A DNA stretch of 64,000 bases, taken from assembly GCA_963826715.1 (NCBI GenBank), contig CAWGYA010000007.1:96001-160000 (forward strand), written 5' to 3'. Positions 1 to 10,157 of this stretch are shown one piece after another. The notes under the pieces were generated by a model. It saw only the letters and a program-made list of their open reading frames with translations. It had not been told where the DNA came from and made no database searches. Every line of letters starts with the position of its first letter. Positions within the stretch are counted from its first letter, which is position 1. The DNA is from Candidatus Bathyarchaeota archaeon. GTDB taxonomy: Archaea; Thermoproteota; Bathyarchaeia; Bathyarchaeales; Bathycorpusculaceae. Both the position numbers and the translations under genes were made by a program.

Positions 1-2
1 TT

Positions 3-1385
3 TTGACAATAAGCCTTATGTTTCTAGTGCTGAGCGTTGGTTTAATTGCACCCATTCAAGGACAGTTAGCAACAAAAGAAGCCTCGCCGCTTTCTGCAGA
101 ATCAATCATGGCAGCAATGAAGTCCCTCTCAATCTACAAATCTTCTGACAATACTTTGGTGATTGAAAGCCAGTATCAAAAAACAATCGTGGAAAAAATC
201 ACAGATACACATTACAAAATGACTTTCATAAACTCAACGGGTTATATTAAAGTGCTCGAGGCAACAAAAGATGGCTCTAAAACAAGTGTTCTATTTGATG
301 GCAAAGAATTGCTTAAAAATCCCACTAATACGTCATTAACCGATTCTGCTGACTTCCCATTACTTCCAATACTTTCCGCAAATCTGGCTGAATTACCCCA
401 AGACATCGTACAAGAAGTTATGCCCATGGTTACAGATAGCATAGACCACTACAATTGGGATGGAGTCCCATTCATTTCAGGAGGTGGGGGCGGTCAAAGC
501 ATAAAATACCCACATCCAGACAAAGAAGCCCTTTCCATCTGGATATTCGGCGACTGGTCTACTGACGGAAACTATCTACAGCATAACATGTTTAATCAAG
601 CGGCATCTATAGCAATGGGTGAATTCGGACCATTCGGAATATCAGGCGCTATCGGTGCAGCGATTGGAGTGGCAATCGGAGGTCCATGGGGTGCGGCAGC
701 AGGCGTAATAATTGGAACCCTCTACGGCATATACCTATGGTATTTCTACGGGTATCAAGTCCAAGATGAAGACCTAAATATATGGTGGTGGCAAAGCCTA
801 CCATTCATACATTGGGTAAGCGAAAATGCATGGTACATTGCTGCACTAGGAGAATATGCTCTGCCTTTCGTTGAGTACGAATTCCTTACTTCAGGCTACA
901 TTAGAATTGGCAGTTGGACATTCTTTAATGCGTTAGGCATCAGTGACCCAGCCCCACCACCGCCACCACCATCTTATTACTACGTGTCAAGCATTGCTCA
1001 AACTGGAACTTGGGGTGCCGGAGCTGTCAATAATCCAGATGGTTTGAGAGGTAGTTCAAACGATGGAAGCTATGTTCAACTATGGGGCGGTAATTATGGC
1101 GATGGAGGGCAAATAGTTGGCTGGATGAATCAGGAAGCACATGGACACATCTATCTGTATGGTCACTCGGGTTCAGGATATTACACGCACCTTTACACAT
1201 TCGTTTCATACAACAATAACAATGACTGGACACAGACAAGCGTTCAAACAATCACAGGTACTAATGATCGCTGGATTGACTGCGGCTCGTACAACGATAA
1301 TTTCAGATATATCGCTATAGCCGCCATTGATGACAATGGAATGAGTGCCAACATATTCATAGACTCAGTAAAAGTAAATCTCTAA
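3..1385 (+). CDS. Secreted/membrane protein with glycine-zipper segment, poly-Pro linker and C-terminal beta-rich domain (start may lie off-window)
   Basis: N-terminal hydrophobic signal; GISGAIGAAIGVAIGGPWGAAAGVIIG; PAPPPPPP linker; T-tract downstream. Confidence 0.6.
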   Translation: MTISLMFLVLSVGLIAPIQGQLATKEASPLSAESIMAAMKSLSIYKSSDNTLVIESQYQKTIVEKITDTHYKMTFINSTGYIKVLEATKDGSKTSVLFDGKELLKNPTNTSLTDSADFPLLPILSANLAELPQDIVQEVMPMVTDSIDHYNWDGVPFISGGGGGQSIKYPHPDKEALSIWIFGDWSTDGNYLQHNMFNQAASIAMGEFGPFGISGAIGAAIGVAIGGPWGAAAGVIIGTLYGIYLWYFYGYQVQDEDLNIWWWQSLPFIHWVSENAWYIAALGEYALPFVEYEFLTSGYIRIGSWTFFNALGISDPAPPPPPPSYYYVSSIAQTGTWGAGAVNNPDGLRGSSNDGSYVQLWGGNYGDGGQIVGWMNQEAHGHIYLYGHSGSGYYTHLYTFVSYNNNNDWTQTSVQTITGTNDRWIDCGSYNDNFRYIAIAAIDDNGMSANIFIDSVKVNL

Positions 1386-1403
1386 GTAGCTTTCAATATA
1401 TCC

Positions 1404-1423
1404 TTTCTTTTTTTATTTTTTTT
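1404..1423 (+). terminator. Oligo-T archaeal-type terminator
   Basis: tttctttttttatttttttt shortly after the stop of 3..1385. Confidence 0.5.
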
Positions 1424-1546
1424 GCGGTTTAGCTTTTCACTCAATCTATGGATTAAGCGCTTAAATTGAAATGTTGATATATCTTTTCAGCGATAAAAAA
1501 TAACAAGAAATACCTTTTTGGAAATTGCTGTTCTAAGAGAAAATGG

Positions 1547-1768
1547 TTATGTGTTAACTATTTGGATAGGGTTTGCTTGTCGGTATTTTATATGAATAAA
1601 GATTGCAACCGACAAGAGAACAATGCCCATGATACCAATCGTCAAAGTTAATGACCAAAAGATTTGTGCACCCTCTGAAATAAAATACATTATAAAAGAA
1701 TAAAGTATTGCAGCGCCTCCAACAGCGCCTAACCCTCCGACTAATCGATCTCTAACCGACTTATTCAT
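1547..1768 (-). CDS. Small 2-TM membrane protein
   Basis: 73 aa, two hydrophobic helices, GGAGG upstream. Confidence 0.65.
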   Translation of the reverse strand: MNKSVRDRLVGGLGAVGGAAILYSFIMYFISEGAQIFWSLTLTIGIMGIVLLSVAIFIHIKYRQANPIQIVNT

Positions 1769-2419
1769 CTTTTATTGCCTCCCTATGTTATCGACTATAT
1801 GCCCGATAAGCTATTAATGACTATAGGATAGGACAGGGTGTACTACCTGTTAGGACGGCGGTTTGATTGTCAGCATCTTGCGAGAGAAGTAACGTCGACT
1901 CTACTTGTCGTACTAACCTCTGTACCATTTTGCCCTAGTGTATGGGATTAATTATTGAATTAATAGATAAAAGGAGTGTTGAAGTGACTGATGAAGAATC
2001 GCCCGACGGCAAACTAACAAATTAAGTTGGTTTATTATCACTTTTTTTGATGCTCCTCCTTCTGTCCTACCCAGAATAGGAAAAAGAAATAGGGCATTCC
2101 TACAAACCAGGAGTCTATGGACTTCTTTTTCTTACCTAAAATGCTCCTTGAGTTTAAGCATGTAAACTGTCTAACTGTCCATGGCTCATTATCTACTCAG
2201 CCTATACATTGTCAAGGCTTAATAGAAGGATGATGGCGCACCTTGGGCTTGGATGCTTTATGACAATGTTTGTCGCTTGTTTTTCAAAAAGGGGCTGGTA
2301 ACAGCTTTGTAGATTTGAGTATTCACTTTAGCTAAAATAATTAGTGCTGTCTGTACTAAGTTCCGTACAATTTGTCCTAGACAATAGTATTAACTATCTA
2401 TTGTTTAGTAAGATAACCA

Positions 2420-4321
2420 TTGCAAGGATTTAACTTGCAAGAGATTAAGAAAATGGAAGTCGAAAAATTTAGGAAAATTAGAAAAAATCCGATTGTTTGC
2501 ATGCTGCTCATTGCCCTAATGCTTTCCAGTTGCGTTGTTATCAAATCTGTCGTTGCTGACCCCGTTGGATATCAAAATGTTAGTGTTCAAGAAGCAAATA
2601 ATCTCATCTCTAATGATTCTCATGTCTTCATTTTGGACGTGAGAAACCAGAGCGAGTATAATCTAGGCCATCTTAATGGTGCTACACTTTTACCTTTATA
2701 TGAAATTCAAGACTGGAACTGGAATATCACGTCTGGACAGCCATCCCTAAACTTACTCCAAGCGCACATCAATGATACAGTTATAGTTTATTGCAAAGCT
2801 GGTTCTAGAAGTGCGCCTGCCTGCCAATTACTAGTGGAACATGGCTACACTAATGTGTATAACATGGAAGACGGAATCGTTGGCTGGATGCAGGCGGATT
2901 TTCCTCTCAACACACGATACCATCATATTCAGGCTGAAAGTATGAGTGAAATAGACATAGAACCTTTGCTTCTTTACCAAACCGAATGTATCACGTGCCA
3001 AAACCAATCGACATGTTCAATGGCTGATGCTCTCCCTGCAAACAGTAACTTTACAGTCGTAGAACAAAATGCTACACATACTATTCTCTCCATAATTGGT
3101 GAGCTAAACGGTACCTTAACCGAATACACAGTGACCTTAACGCTACTTTCTAGCTACTCAACTATAGAGGATGGTACGAACAAAACAGCAACTATGATGT
3201 CTATGGCGATGACATCTACAACCTTTGAGCAGATATATTATGCATTAAAATACAGGGCGGAAAATGATGCCTATAACTTTACCGTGGTTTCCAGCCTTAT
3301 ACCAACAAACCTACAAACGTATAACGCGTCCGTTTCATATATCAGCATTGACCATAATAACGCATCGCCCGGTGACGTAATAAAGACTCAGGAAACTATA
3401 GATACAAACTCTTCGATGACCTTATCGGAATACTACAACATTTTGAGTAAAGTTTCAAAAGAACTGAGTGAAGAGTACGGAGATAGCGAGGATTATTCAA
3501 TCGAACAACTAGAGAGTGACTACAAATCAATTAAAAACGAATTGAATAGCTTATCACAGATCGTTGAACAACAATTCGCTGATCTGGACAAATCAATAAC
3601 TGAGCATTCAAGAACCATAATGGGCGTAGACTTAGGGATAAAAGACCCTAACGGAGTCACTAACAACGGCTTTGAGAGCGGGCTAAGCGGCTGGACTACA
3701 GGTGGAAATGGTTACCACTGTAACGGCGCTGAAGTATACGAAGGATCATACTCCTTGCTGCTAGGACGAGGCGATTGGAACCCTCCGCCCGGTCAAGACT
3801 GGGCCTATCAATTGGTAACCCTGCCTGAAGACGCAGTCAACATTGTGTTTGGCTACTATTATCGGCTGTATACCTACGACACTCATTCATATGACCGTCT
3901 TGAAATCTATGTAGCAAAATTAGGACAGGATCCGGTTCTATTCTACGATGTGGGACAATATGGCACTCGCGGCAACTATTACGTTGATGGCTGGATGGGT
4001 GTTTTCCATGATTACAATATGCAAACCTACGCTGGCAGTAGTTTTTACATATACTTTCAAGTCGTGAACGGAGATAATACTTATCCTACATGGGCATATA
4101 TCGACAGGGTTTCTGTGTCATATGAAGAAATCTATGAGTGCAGCTGGGAATCTTGGCTTAATTGCGCTTGGGGGGATTTTGATACTGCAACGCTTTGCGG
4201 TTGGATATTGGATATTTGCGATGAAGCTCCTTCGGAATATAATCCAGCATGTGCAGCAGGACTGATTTGCTCACTTTCCTACTCGCTCTATTGTGCACTT
4301 GAATACTGTGTAATTAACTAA
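2420..4321 (+). CDS. Secreted multidomain protein: rhodanese domain, central region, beta-sandwich (CBM-like) domain, Cys-rich C-terminus
   Basis: Signal peptide; ILDVRNQSEY...GHLNGA, VYCKAGSRS (rhodanese active-site Cys); NNGFESGLSGW; 7 Cys in last ~60 aa. Confidence 0.75.
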   Translation: MQGFNLQEIKKMEVEKFRKIRKNPIVCMLLIALMLSSCVVIKSVVADPVGYQNVSVQEANNLISNDSHVFILDVRNQSEYNLGHLNGATLLPLYEIQDWNWNITSGQPSLNLLQAHINDTVIVYCKAGSRSAPACQLLVEHGYTNVYNMEDGIVGWMQADFPLNTRYHHIQAESMSEIDIEPLLLYQTECITCQNQSTCSMADALPANSNFTVVEQNATHTILSIIGELNGTLTEYTVTLTLLSSYSTIEDGTNKTATMMSMAMTSTTFEQIYYALKYRAENDAYNFTVVSSLIPTNLQTYNASVSYISIDHNNASPGDVIKTQETIDTNSSMTLSEYYNILSKVSKELSEEYGDSEDYSIEQLESDYKSIKNELNSLSQIVEQQFADLDKSITEHSRTIMGVDLGIKDPNGVTNNGFESGLSGWTTGGNGYHCNGAEVYEGSYSLLLGRGDWNPPPGQDWAYQLVTLPEDAVNIVFGYYYRLYTYDTHSYDRLEIYVAKLGQDPVLFYDVGQYGTRGNYYVDGWMGVFHDYNMQTYAGSSFYIYFQVVNGDNTYPTWAYIDRVSVSYEEIYECSWESWLNCAWGDFDTATLCGWILDICDEAPSEYNPACAAGLICSLSYSLYCALEYCVIN

Positions 4322-4382
4322 ATTCCTTTTCTTTTTTGACAAAAAAGTTATTAAGAAAAAACGACTAAAAGGATGATTAAAT

Positions 4383-4724
4383 ATGAACCCATTGGATAAC
4401 CTTATTCAAGGATTTGCTTGGTCAATAATCGTAATTCCAGTTCTCGTTTTGATCATAGGCTCAATAGCTTCATACTTCTTGCCGAAACATAGAAAAACGA
4501 TTGGGATTTCGCTAATAACGCTTGGGGCTTTAGGAACTGGTTTGTTTGCCTTGACTCTTATTATAGGGATCGTTGAAGGACTTAGTAGAAGCTTGACGTC
4601 AGAGACTTTTTTATTAACCGTTTTACTCGTTATCGAACTCATAACATTAGCCGTTGGAGCGCTTTCACTAAAGCCAAGAGACCAACAAATTGGTATAACG
4701 AATAGACCAACAGGTCATGTCTAA
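4383..4724 (+). CDS. Small 3-TM membrane protein
   Basis: 113 aa, three hydrophobic helices, directly after 2420..4321. Confidence 0.65.
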   Translation: MNPLDNLIQGFAWSIIVIPVLVLIIGSIASYFLPKHRKTIGISLITLGALGTGLFALTLIIGIVEGLSRSLTSETFLLTVLLVIELITLAVGALSLKPRDQQIGITNRPTGHV

Positions 4725-5271
4725 GCCTACGTTGCCGCCATTTGCTCGACATCCACTCGTTATCTAACATAACTCCCGTAAAACAACTTGAGTTATAGTC
4801 GAGCTGGTGATCTACCCTGGTGCAACAAAGCCAAAGTAAGATTCACCTTTTTTTTACTTAAATACTAAATCGTAATTTCGGAAGTGCCTGCTTACTATCA
4901 AGGTTATGCCTGCGATGATATTAAATATTCCATAAATAGTACAATTGTGTTTCCGATGCCCCGAACCCAACGTCGACAAATTTCCCTCCCCATTTTTTTT
5001 AAGAAGCAACATCATTATGGAACAGCCTCCCAAAAAGTTGGATAGTCTTCAGGTAAATAATGACTATTCTAAGCTGCAAAGAATCGATTTTTTTCGCTCG
5101 GAAGTTGCGTTTTTCGCCATACCAGAACTCTTACTTTCTTCAAGTGTACATTATGTGGCTTTACGATACGGGAGGCTGAATAAAGGAATGAACGATGCAA
5201 ATACAAAGATCTTAAGGAAGGTTAGTGTAATTTGGATTTTTCCCCTTTGCTGCTTAAGGCTGCCTGTGAGA

Positions 5272-5694
5272 TTAGGCTTGTGACTGTTTGGTTCTCTTGT
5301 ATTCTTCGTACTTGTACAGTGCTTCGCTTATTTGGCTGCGTATGAATTGCTCCGGACTGCGAAATGGTGTTCCCATTTCTTTTAGGGCTTCTTCGAGCTC
5401 GTTATACTGCTCACGGGAGACTTCTAGGAATTCGTTATCGTTTTTCAATCGTTCTAGTCGGTAGCGTATAGCGTCACGGACAAAGTCCTCTTTGTTGGTG
5501 AAGCCTATGTCTTTGTTTTCTTCAATGAAGTTTTCCACTTTAGCAATGACTTCAGGCGGAAGAATAACCGACTGCTGCAAGAGGGCGTTTATGGCGTCTT
5601 GGTAAGTTTGCATTTTGTTTGTCTCAGCGGTGAGCTCTCCTAGGAGACCGGTTAGTTTGCTGTGGATGTCGTCTGAGATTTTTATTGCTTTCAT
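5272..5694 (-). CDS. Ribbon-helix-helix DNA-binding protein (tandem RHH-like units)
   Basis: Likely start MKAIKISDDIH at 5694; SVILPPEVIAKVENFI...FTNKEDFVRDAIR. Confidence 0.65.
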   Translation of the reverse strand: MKAIKISDDIHSKLTGLLGELTAETNKMQTYQDAINALLQQSVILPPEVIAKVENFIEENKDIGFTNKEDFVRDAIRYRLERLKNDNEFLEVSREQYNELEEALKEMGTPFRSPEQFIRSQISEALYKYEEYKRTKQSQA

Positions 5695-5762
5695 GGGTAT
5701 TTCTCCTGTTAACAGAAGTATGATTAGTAGGATTAGATTTATAAGGTTTCTCATTGTAACGG

Positions 5763-5779
5763 AGTTAACTAAGTTAACT
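5763..5779. promoter_or_regulatory. Tandem palindromic AGTTAACT boxes between divergent RHH genes (putative operator)
   Basis: agttaact-a-agttaact. Confidence 0.45.
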
Positions 5780-5798
5780 ATAAGGGGAATTGTGAGAA

Positions 5799-6011
5799 AT
5801 GAAAGCAAAAGTCGCCTTCACCATTGATCAAGCGGTCCTAAAAGAAATAGACGCCTTAAGGGACCTAGCAACGCGAAGCGCCTTCGCCAATGAAATCCTC
5901 AAACAAGGACTCAAAGCATACAAGGCAACGCATAAGCGACCCAAGGCGCCATTTCCAGCCGTGACCTTTGATACGGCTGAGGAAACAGCATTAGCGAGGG
6001 AGAGACCATGA
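5799..6011 (+). CDS. CopG/RHH family regulator
   Basis: KAKVAFTIDQAVLKEIDALRDLATRSAFANEIL. Confidence 0.7.
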   Translation: MKAKVAFTIDQAVLKEIDALRDLATRSAFANEILKQGLKAYKATHKRPKAPFPAVTFDTAEETALARERP

Positions 6012-6253
6012 CGGAAGGACATAAAGTTTGCCCCTTAGCCGCAGCCCATCCTCAACAGGGAAATAGCGATTGCCTAGGCGAAGCGTGCGCATGCCACGTA
6101 AAAATGCAAAAGCCACGCTTAATGCAAACAGGCAACACCAGCCTCGTTGATCCAGAAAGTTTCTATCGCTATGTCGGATGCGGATTGGTGGCACATATTC
6201 CCTGGGAACTTGTCAACTGCGAAAACGACTCTAAAATCAAACAAGTAAATTAG
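6008..6253 (+). CDS. Small Cys-rich hypothetical protein
   Basis: CPL...CLGEACAC...CGL; ATGA overlap with upstream gene. Confidence 0.55.
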   Translation: MTEGHKVCPLAAAHPQQGNSDCLGEACACHVKMQKPRLMQTGNTSLVDPESFYRYVGCGLVAHIPWELVNCENDSKIKQVN

Positions 6254-6257
6254 CCAG

Positions 6258-7553
6258 GTGCAAAACTGCAGGAATGAGGAGTGGGAGGGAATGGTTGGAT
6301 ATTCAAGCGGGGTTAAGTCTCCTAATGTTTTTAGCGCCTTCTCCAGTTCTTCCGCTTGTGGATCCACGCTTCAAGAAAGCATCCCCCTAAACCCACCTTG
6401 CCCTCAATGTAACTCAAAACGGCTATGGCGAGACTCCAAACGTTACACAGCCGCTGGAGACGAAATACAAAGATGGCTCTGCAGGGAGTGCGGCTTAAGA
6501 TTTTCCGATCCAAATGACATCAAAAAAGCCGGCACGGCAGTTGCAACAGTTGAAAGAATTGAAACGAAGACATTAAAAAGCGCAAACAACAACTTCTCTA
6601 CAACCCAAATCTGCGTAAAGGAGACGAAAAATTTGGATGCAGAACAACAGACCACTGGAGTTCTGCGGAGCAACCAAGCAGACATCAAAGGCAAAATCGT
6701 TGAACACGCTTTCTGGATGCAAAAAGAAGGATACGCCGAAGCAACAATCTCACGCCGCATACGCTTTCTAAAAACAATGATGAACAAAGGAGCCAACTTA
6801 GCAGACCCCGAATCACTAAAAGAAATGCTAGCCCGACAACAAAACTGGCAAGCAAAAACCAAAAAAATAGCAGTCGAAACCTATAGCCTCTTCCTAAAAA
6901 TGCAAGGCTTAACCTGGAACCCACCAAAATTCAAAAGCGTCAAAAAACTGCCATTTATCCCAACAGAGCAAGAAATCAACAGCCTAATCGCAGGCAGCAA
7001 CAGAAAAACAGCAACCTTCCTACAACTACTCAAAGAAACAGGCATGCGATGTGGAGAAGCCTTCCTACTCAAATGGACCGACTTCAACTTCGAAAACAGA
7101 AGCGTCGACATAACACCAGAAAAAGGCAGCGAACCAAGACAACTACCAATCTCAAATCAGCTAATAGCAATGCTAAACAGCCTACCAAAAGACCAAGAAA
7201 AGCCCTACGGATGCAGCGAGCGACATTTCGCAAGAGCCTTCCGCCTACAAAGAAGCCGAATAGCCTTTAATCTCAAAAACGACCGCTTAAAAAAAATCCA
7301 CTTCCACACCCTACGCCACTGGAAAGCCACCACTGAGTACGCTAAAACCAAAGATATCTTACACGTAATGAAGCTACTCGGCCACAGAAACATCCAAAAC
7401 ACCCTACTGTACACTCAGCTCATCACTTTCAAAAACGACGAATTCCACAGCGCAACCGCCAAAACCGTTGAAGACGCACAAAAGCTCGTTGAGGCAGGAT
7501 TCGAATATGTATGTGACTTTGGAGACGTAAAACTATTCAGGAAGCGAAAGTAA
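6258..7553 (+). CDS. Tyrosine recombinase/integrase with N-terminal Zn ribbon
   Basis: CPQC...CREC; TGMRCGE, HFHTLRH, LLGHRN, TLLY catalytic residues; ends 50 bp before the att core. Confidence 0.92.
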   Translation: MQNCRNEEWEGMVGYSSGVKSPNVFSAFSSSSACGSTLQESIPLNPPCPQCNSKRLWRDSKRYTAAGDEIQRWLCRECGLRFSDPNDIKKAGTAVATVERIETKTLKSANNNFSTTQICVKETKNLDAEQQTTGVLRSNQADIKGKIVEHAFWMQKEGYAEATISRRIRFLKTMMNKGANLADPESLKEMLARQQNWQAKTKKIAVETYSLFLKMQGLTWNPPKFKSVKKLPFIPTEQEINSLIAGSNRKTATFLQLLKETGMRCGEAFLLKWTDFNFENRSVDITPEKGSEPRQLPISNQLIAMLNSLPKDQEKPYGCSERHFARAFRLQRSRIAFNLKNDRLKKIHFHTLRHWKATTEYAKTKDILHVMKLLGHRNIQNTLLYTQLITFKNDEFHSATAKTVEDAQKLVEAGFEYVCDFGDVKLFRKRK

Positions 7554-7603
7554 AATGACTAAAAAATTGAACAAAATCATCGCCAATAGGGCCACTGGAA
7601 ATG

Positions 7604-7619
7604 TGGTGAGGCCGCTGGG
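7604..7619 (-). repeat. Left att core (degenerate tRNA 3'-end copy)
   Basis: tggtgaggccgctggg matches 55978..55993 at 15/16; reverse complement ends in ACCA. Confidence 0.8.
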
Positions 7620-7632
7620 TTCCAGTCGTGCA

Positions 7633-7649
7633 CACGTTAAAAGGTACCA
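7633..7649 (+). repeat. Left arm of 17-bp inverted repeat at provirus end
   Basis: cacgttaaaaggtacca versus reverse complement of 55956..55972 (cacgttaaaaagtacca), 16/17. Confidence 0.8.
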
Positions 7650-7665
7650 CATCTTTAGCGTCGTT

Positions 7666-9102
7666 TTATGTAACCTCCTTGCGGAAAAGCTCTTTAAGAT
7701 GCTCAGCAAGCAATGAGAGCTGATGATTCTGTTTCTGATCTAGAGCTTCAGTGATGTTTCCTCGGAACATTGCGTCTTTGGTGAGTATTTCTTCAGGGTT
7801 TCCGCCCCATGCCCTGATGATCTCTTTTAGTTGGTCAATGCGGTTTACTTCGGTTTTTGATCTGATTGTTATCCCAGAGGTTGCGTAGAGATTTCTCAAG
7901 GTTTCGATGCCTAAGCTTTGAACGTCTGTGTATGTGTCGATAGTGTGTCCCATCATGTATTCCACAAGTTCGGGGTCGATCTTTGCGATGCTCATTTGGC
8001 TTCGGAAGAATTTGCGTAGACTGTGAACTCTTACGCTATACATCCAGCTGTTAGGTAGTTTCTTTGCGATATTTTCGCCGACAGCAAGTTCGTGTATTAT
8101 GTCTCTAATTGCTTTTTCAGTAACGCCTAAAATCTTGTCTGCTATGCGGCAGTTACGGATAAGTGGTGATTCATCTGTTAACTGCTCGGGTGGGAAATAC
8201 CTGTTGCCTCGTCGTCTTTCATCGATGTAGCTTTTTAGCAGGCTGCAGGCTTCAGCGCCAAGGAACGTGTCGTAGTCGTGGTATTTGCCTTTGGTGATTT
8301 CTGCTTCAACATGAACGTGGATAGGGATGCGATTTGCTTCTAAGTCCTCGCGGATGTGGCGGTATTTGAGTTTTACAAAGGTTCCTATGCGGAATCCACC
8401 TGTTGATATGGCTGCGATGATAAAAGCTTCTCGGGTAGCGGAATTATCAAGCATTGTGGCTATTTCTTGAGGTTTTGGAGCTCTGTCTTTGTAGATTACT
8501 TTGCGTTTTAATGGCTCGTCGAGTTCAACTTTTTTGACGCCGTTAGCTCGGTAAAAGGTTTTTACTGCTTTAATGCGATTGCATACAGCGTTGGGTGCAA
8601 GACCTGCATCTTGGAGTTCTGCAAGATAATCGAGTAGAAAGCCGCAGTGCGCTTGGACACGCTGCTGGTCAGGTATGGCACCCGCGGGTTTAACGTCTGC
8701 TATTATTGTGTCGGGGCTGTGTCCTAGCCACTCAGCGTATTTTTTTAATTTTGTTGAGTACATTAGACAGCTTGCTTTTGAGGCTGAGCAGTGACGTAGG
8801 AAATGCCTCGCCATTCTTTGCATGCTGGGGTATTCGAAAATATAGGGAATTATGCCTGGTTGGTGCTCGATACAGCTGCGTATGATATAGTCGATGAGTC
8901 CTTTCTCTTGGGCGGCTAAAATTTTGTCGAGTTTCATGATTACTGTTTTTCGTAGACGGTAGCCGTTTAAGCTTTTTTCGATGGCAACGGTGTCCCCTTG
9001 GATTATCAGCGGTAGGTTGAGGCTTTTTAGTTCTTCGACGGAAAGTTTATGATTTCGGGTTATGGGAGAGGTTACGGTAGCTTTCGCTATAGATATGGTC
9101 AA
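7666..9102 (-). CDS. Provirus tyrosine integrase
   Basis: STGGFRIG, KGK, HSLRKFF, MMGH, TY; 3' end abuts the left att arm. Confidence 0.9.
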   Translation of the reverse strand: MTISIAKATVTSPITRNHKLSVEELKSLNLPLIIQGDTVAIEKSLNGYRLRKTVIMKLDKILAAQEKGLIDYIIRSCIEHQPGIIPYIFEYPSMQRMARHFLRHCSASKASCLMYSTKLKKYAEWLGHSPDTIIADVKPAGAIPDQQRVQAHCGFLLDYLAELQDAGLAPNAVCNRIKAVKTFYRANGVKKVELDEPLKRKVIYKDRAPKPQEIATMLDNSATREAFIIAAISTGGFRIGTFVKLKYRHIREDLEANRIPIHVHVEAEITKGKYHDYDTFLGAEACSLLKSYIDERRRGNRYFPPEQLTDESPLIRNCRIADKILGVTEKAIRDIIHELAVGENIAKKLPNSWMYSVRVHSLRKFFRSQMSIAKIDPELVEYMMGHTIDTYTDVQSLGIETLRNLYATSGITIRSKTEVNRIDQLKEIIRAWGGNPEEILTKDAMFRGNITEALDQKQNHQLSLLAEHLKELFRKEVT

Positions 9103-9104
9103 AG

Positions 9105-9557
9105 TTACTTTTTCTCCTTCGCTGTTTTTCCCGGAGTATCTGTGACTCCGCGAGTTTTTCGCTCCGATGGACGGAACGCATACTCACTATCTTCTTTGTC
9201 TTGTTTGCTTTTTAAATTCAACTCACAATTTCGTTGATGCTCTGGAGAAAACGCTACCATGCGTACAAGATCCGATTTTAACAGAACTAACCCCGAGGCT
9301 TTGGGGTCTCCTCCGTGCAGCGTTGGAGGACCAGAATCCCGATCCCAGGAAATGATGATGTAGGTGTCCGCCTCATAGATCAGCCAGCCAACGGCTTCTC
9401 TGGTTTGAGGCTGCATCAAAAGTGCCGAAGAGCGATTATACATGACATGGTCTAGGTACTGGACAAACACTAATTTTTCAAAGGCAGGGTCAAGCTTAAC
9501 CAAAGTGTTGACCTCATCAACCCAGCCCCAATCATTGTCTTCAGCCATCCCGCCCAC
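9105..9557 (-). CDS. Hypothetical viral protein (possible Sm/SH3-like beta-barrel)
   Basis: VFVQYLDH...EAVGWLIYEADTYIII pattern; in operon with the integrase. Confidence 0.5.
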   Translation of the reverse strand: MGGMAEDNDWGWVDEVNTLVKLDPAFEKLVFVQYLDHVMYNRSSALLMQPQTREAVGWLIYEADTYIIISWDRDSGPPTLHGGDPKASGLVLLKSDLVRMVAFSPEHQRNCELNLKSKQDKEDSEYAFRPSERKTRGVTDTPGKTAKEKK

Positions 9558-9569
9558 CTCTAGCTTTGT

Positions 9570-9845
9570 TTAGTTTTCCTTTGCGGTTTTGTGTGAGTCA
9601 AAAAAGAGGATGGGTTTGTCTTTGACGTCTTGCAGGTAGGTTACTGGAAACATTTGCCTAAAGAGCTCAACCGCTTCTGGGCTTTCAAAGATCGGAGTGG
9701 CATACTCTGAAGCTTTGATTAAGTGTTCTCTGCAGAACGGAGCATAGAGTCGTGTTGTGCCACTTTGATAGTAAACATAGCCCGTGTGCCCTGCTGGATG
9801 TTTTCCGCAGACTACACATCGGTTTCGATTCAGCCGCTTCCTCAT
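9570..9845 (-). CDS. Zn-finger protein
   Basis: CVVC...CREH. Confidence 0.6.
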   Translation of the reverse strand: MRKRLNRNRCVVCGKHPAGHTGYVYYQSGTTRLYAPFCREHLIKASEYATPIFESPEAVELFRQMFPVTYLQDVKDKPILFFDSHKTAKEN

Positions 9846-9857
9846 GTTTCCGCCTCG

Positions 9858-10100
9858 CTACTTGAAGAATTGGTCGTCACGCATGTTTTCGCTGATTTGG
9901 ATGAAGCCCTTTTTCTTGCAAAAATCGTTAATTTTTATAAGCAGCGGGTCGTCGCCTCTTTCAAACTCTTTTTTAAAGCCAATCCTTCCAGTTTGAACCC
10001 TAATCTCAATGAGTCCATCTGTTCCGAGAATTTGATAAAAACCCAACTTATCCCCGGCATACTCCTCAAGGGCACCCCAGTCCTCAATAATATTTACCAC
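9858..10100 (-). CDS. Hypothetical protein, first gene of the integrase operon
   Basis: 80 aa, tightly linked operon. Confidence 0.6.
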   Translation of the reverse strand: MVNIIEDWGALEEYAGDKLGFYQILGTDGLIEIRVQTGRIGFKKEFERGDDPLLIKINDFCKKKGFIQISENMRDDQFFK

Positions 10101-10157
10101 TTCAATGTCACCTTGACTTTTCGAGCGCGCCTGAGTTCAAAAACAATCTGGTGCTTT

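Noticed and set aside
4945-5283. 112-aa ORF
   Set aside because: TTG start, no motifs, atypical composition; probably spurious.
6700-7500. Strong A/C strand skew as a separate signal
   Set aside because: Lies wholly within the integrase CDS and is explained by codon usage; antisense ORFs here are by-products.
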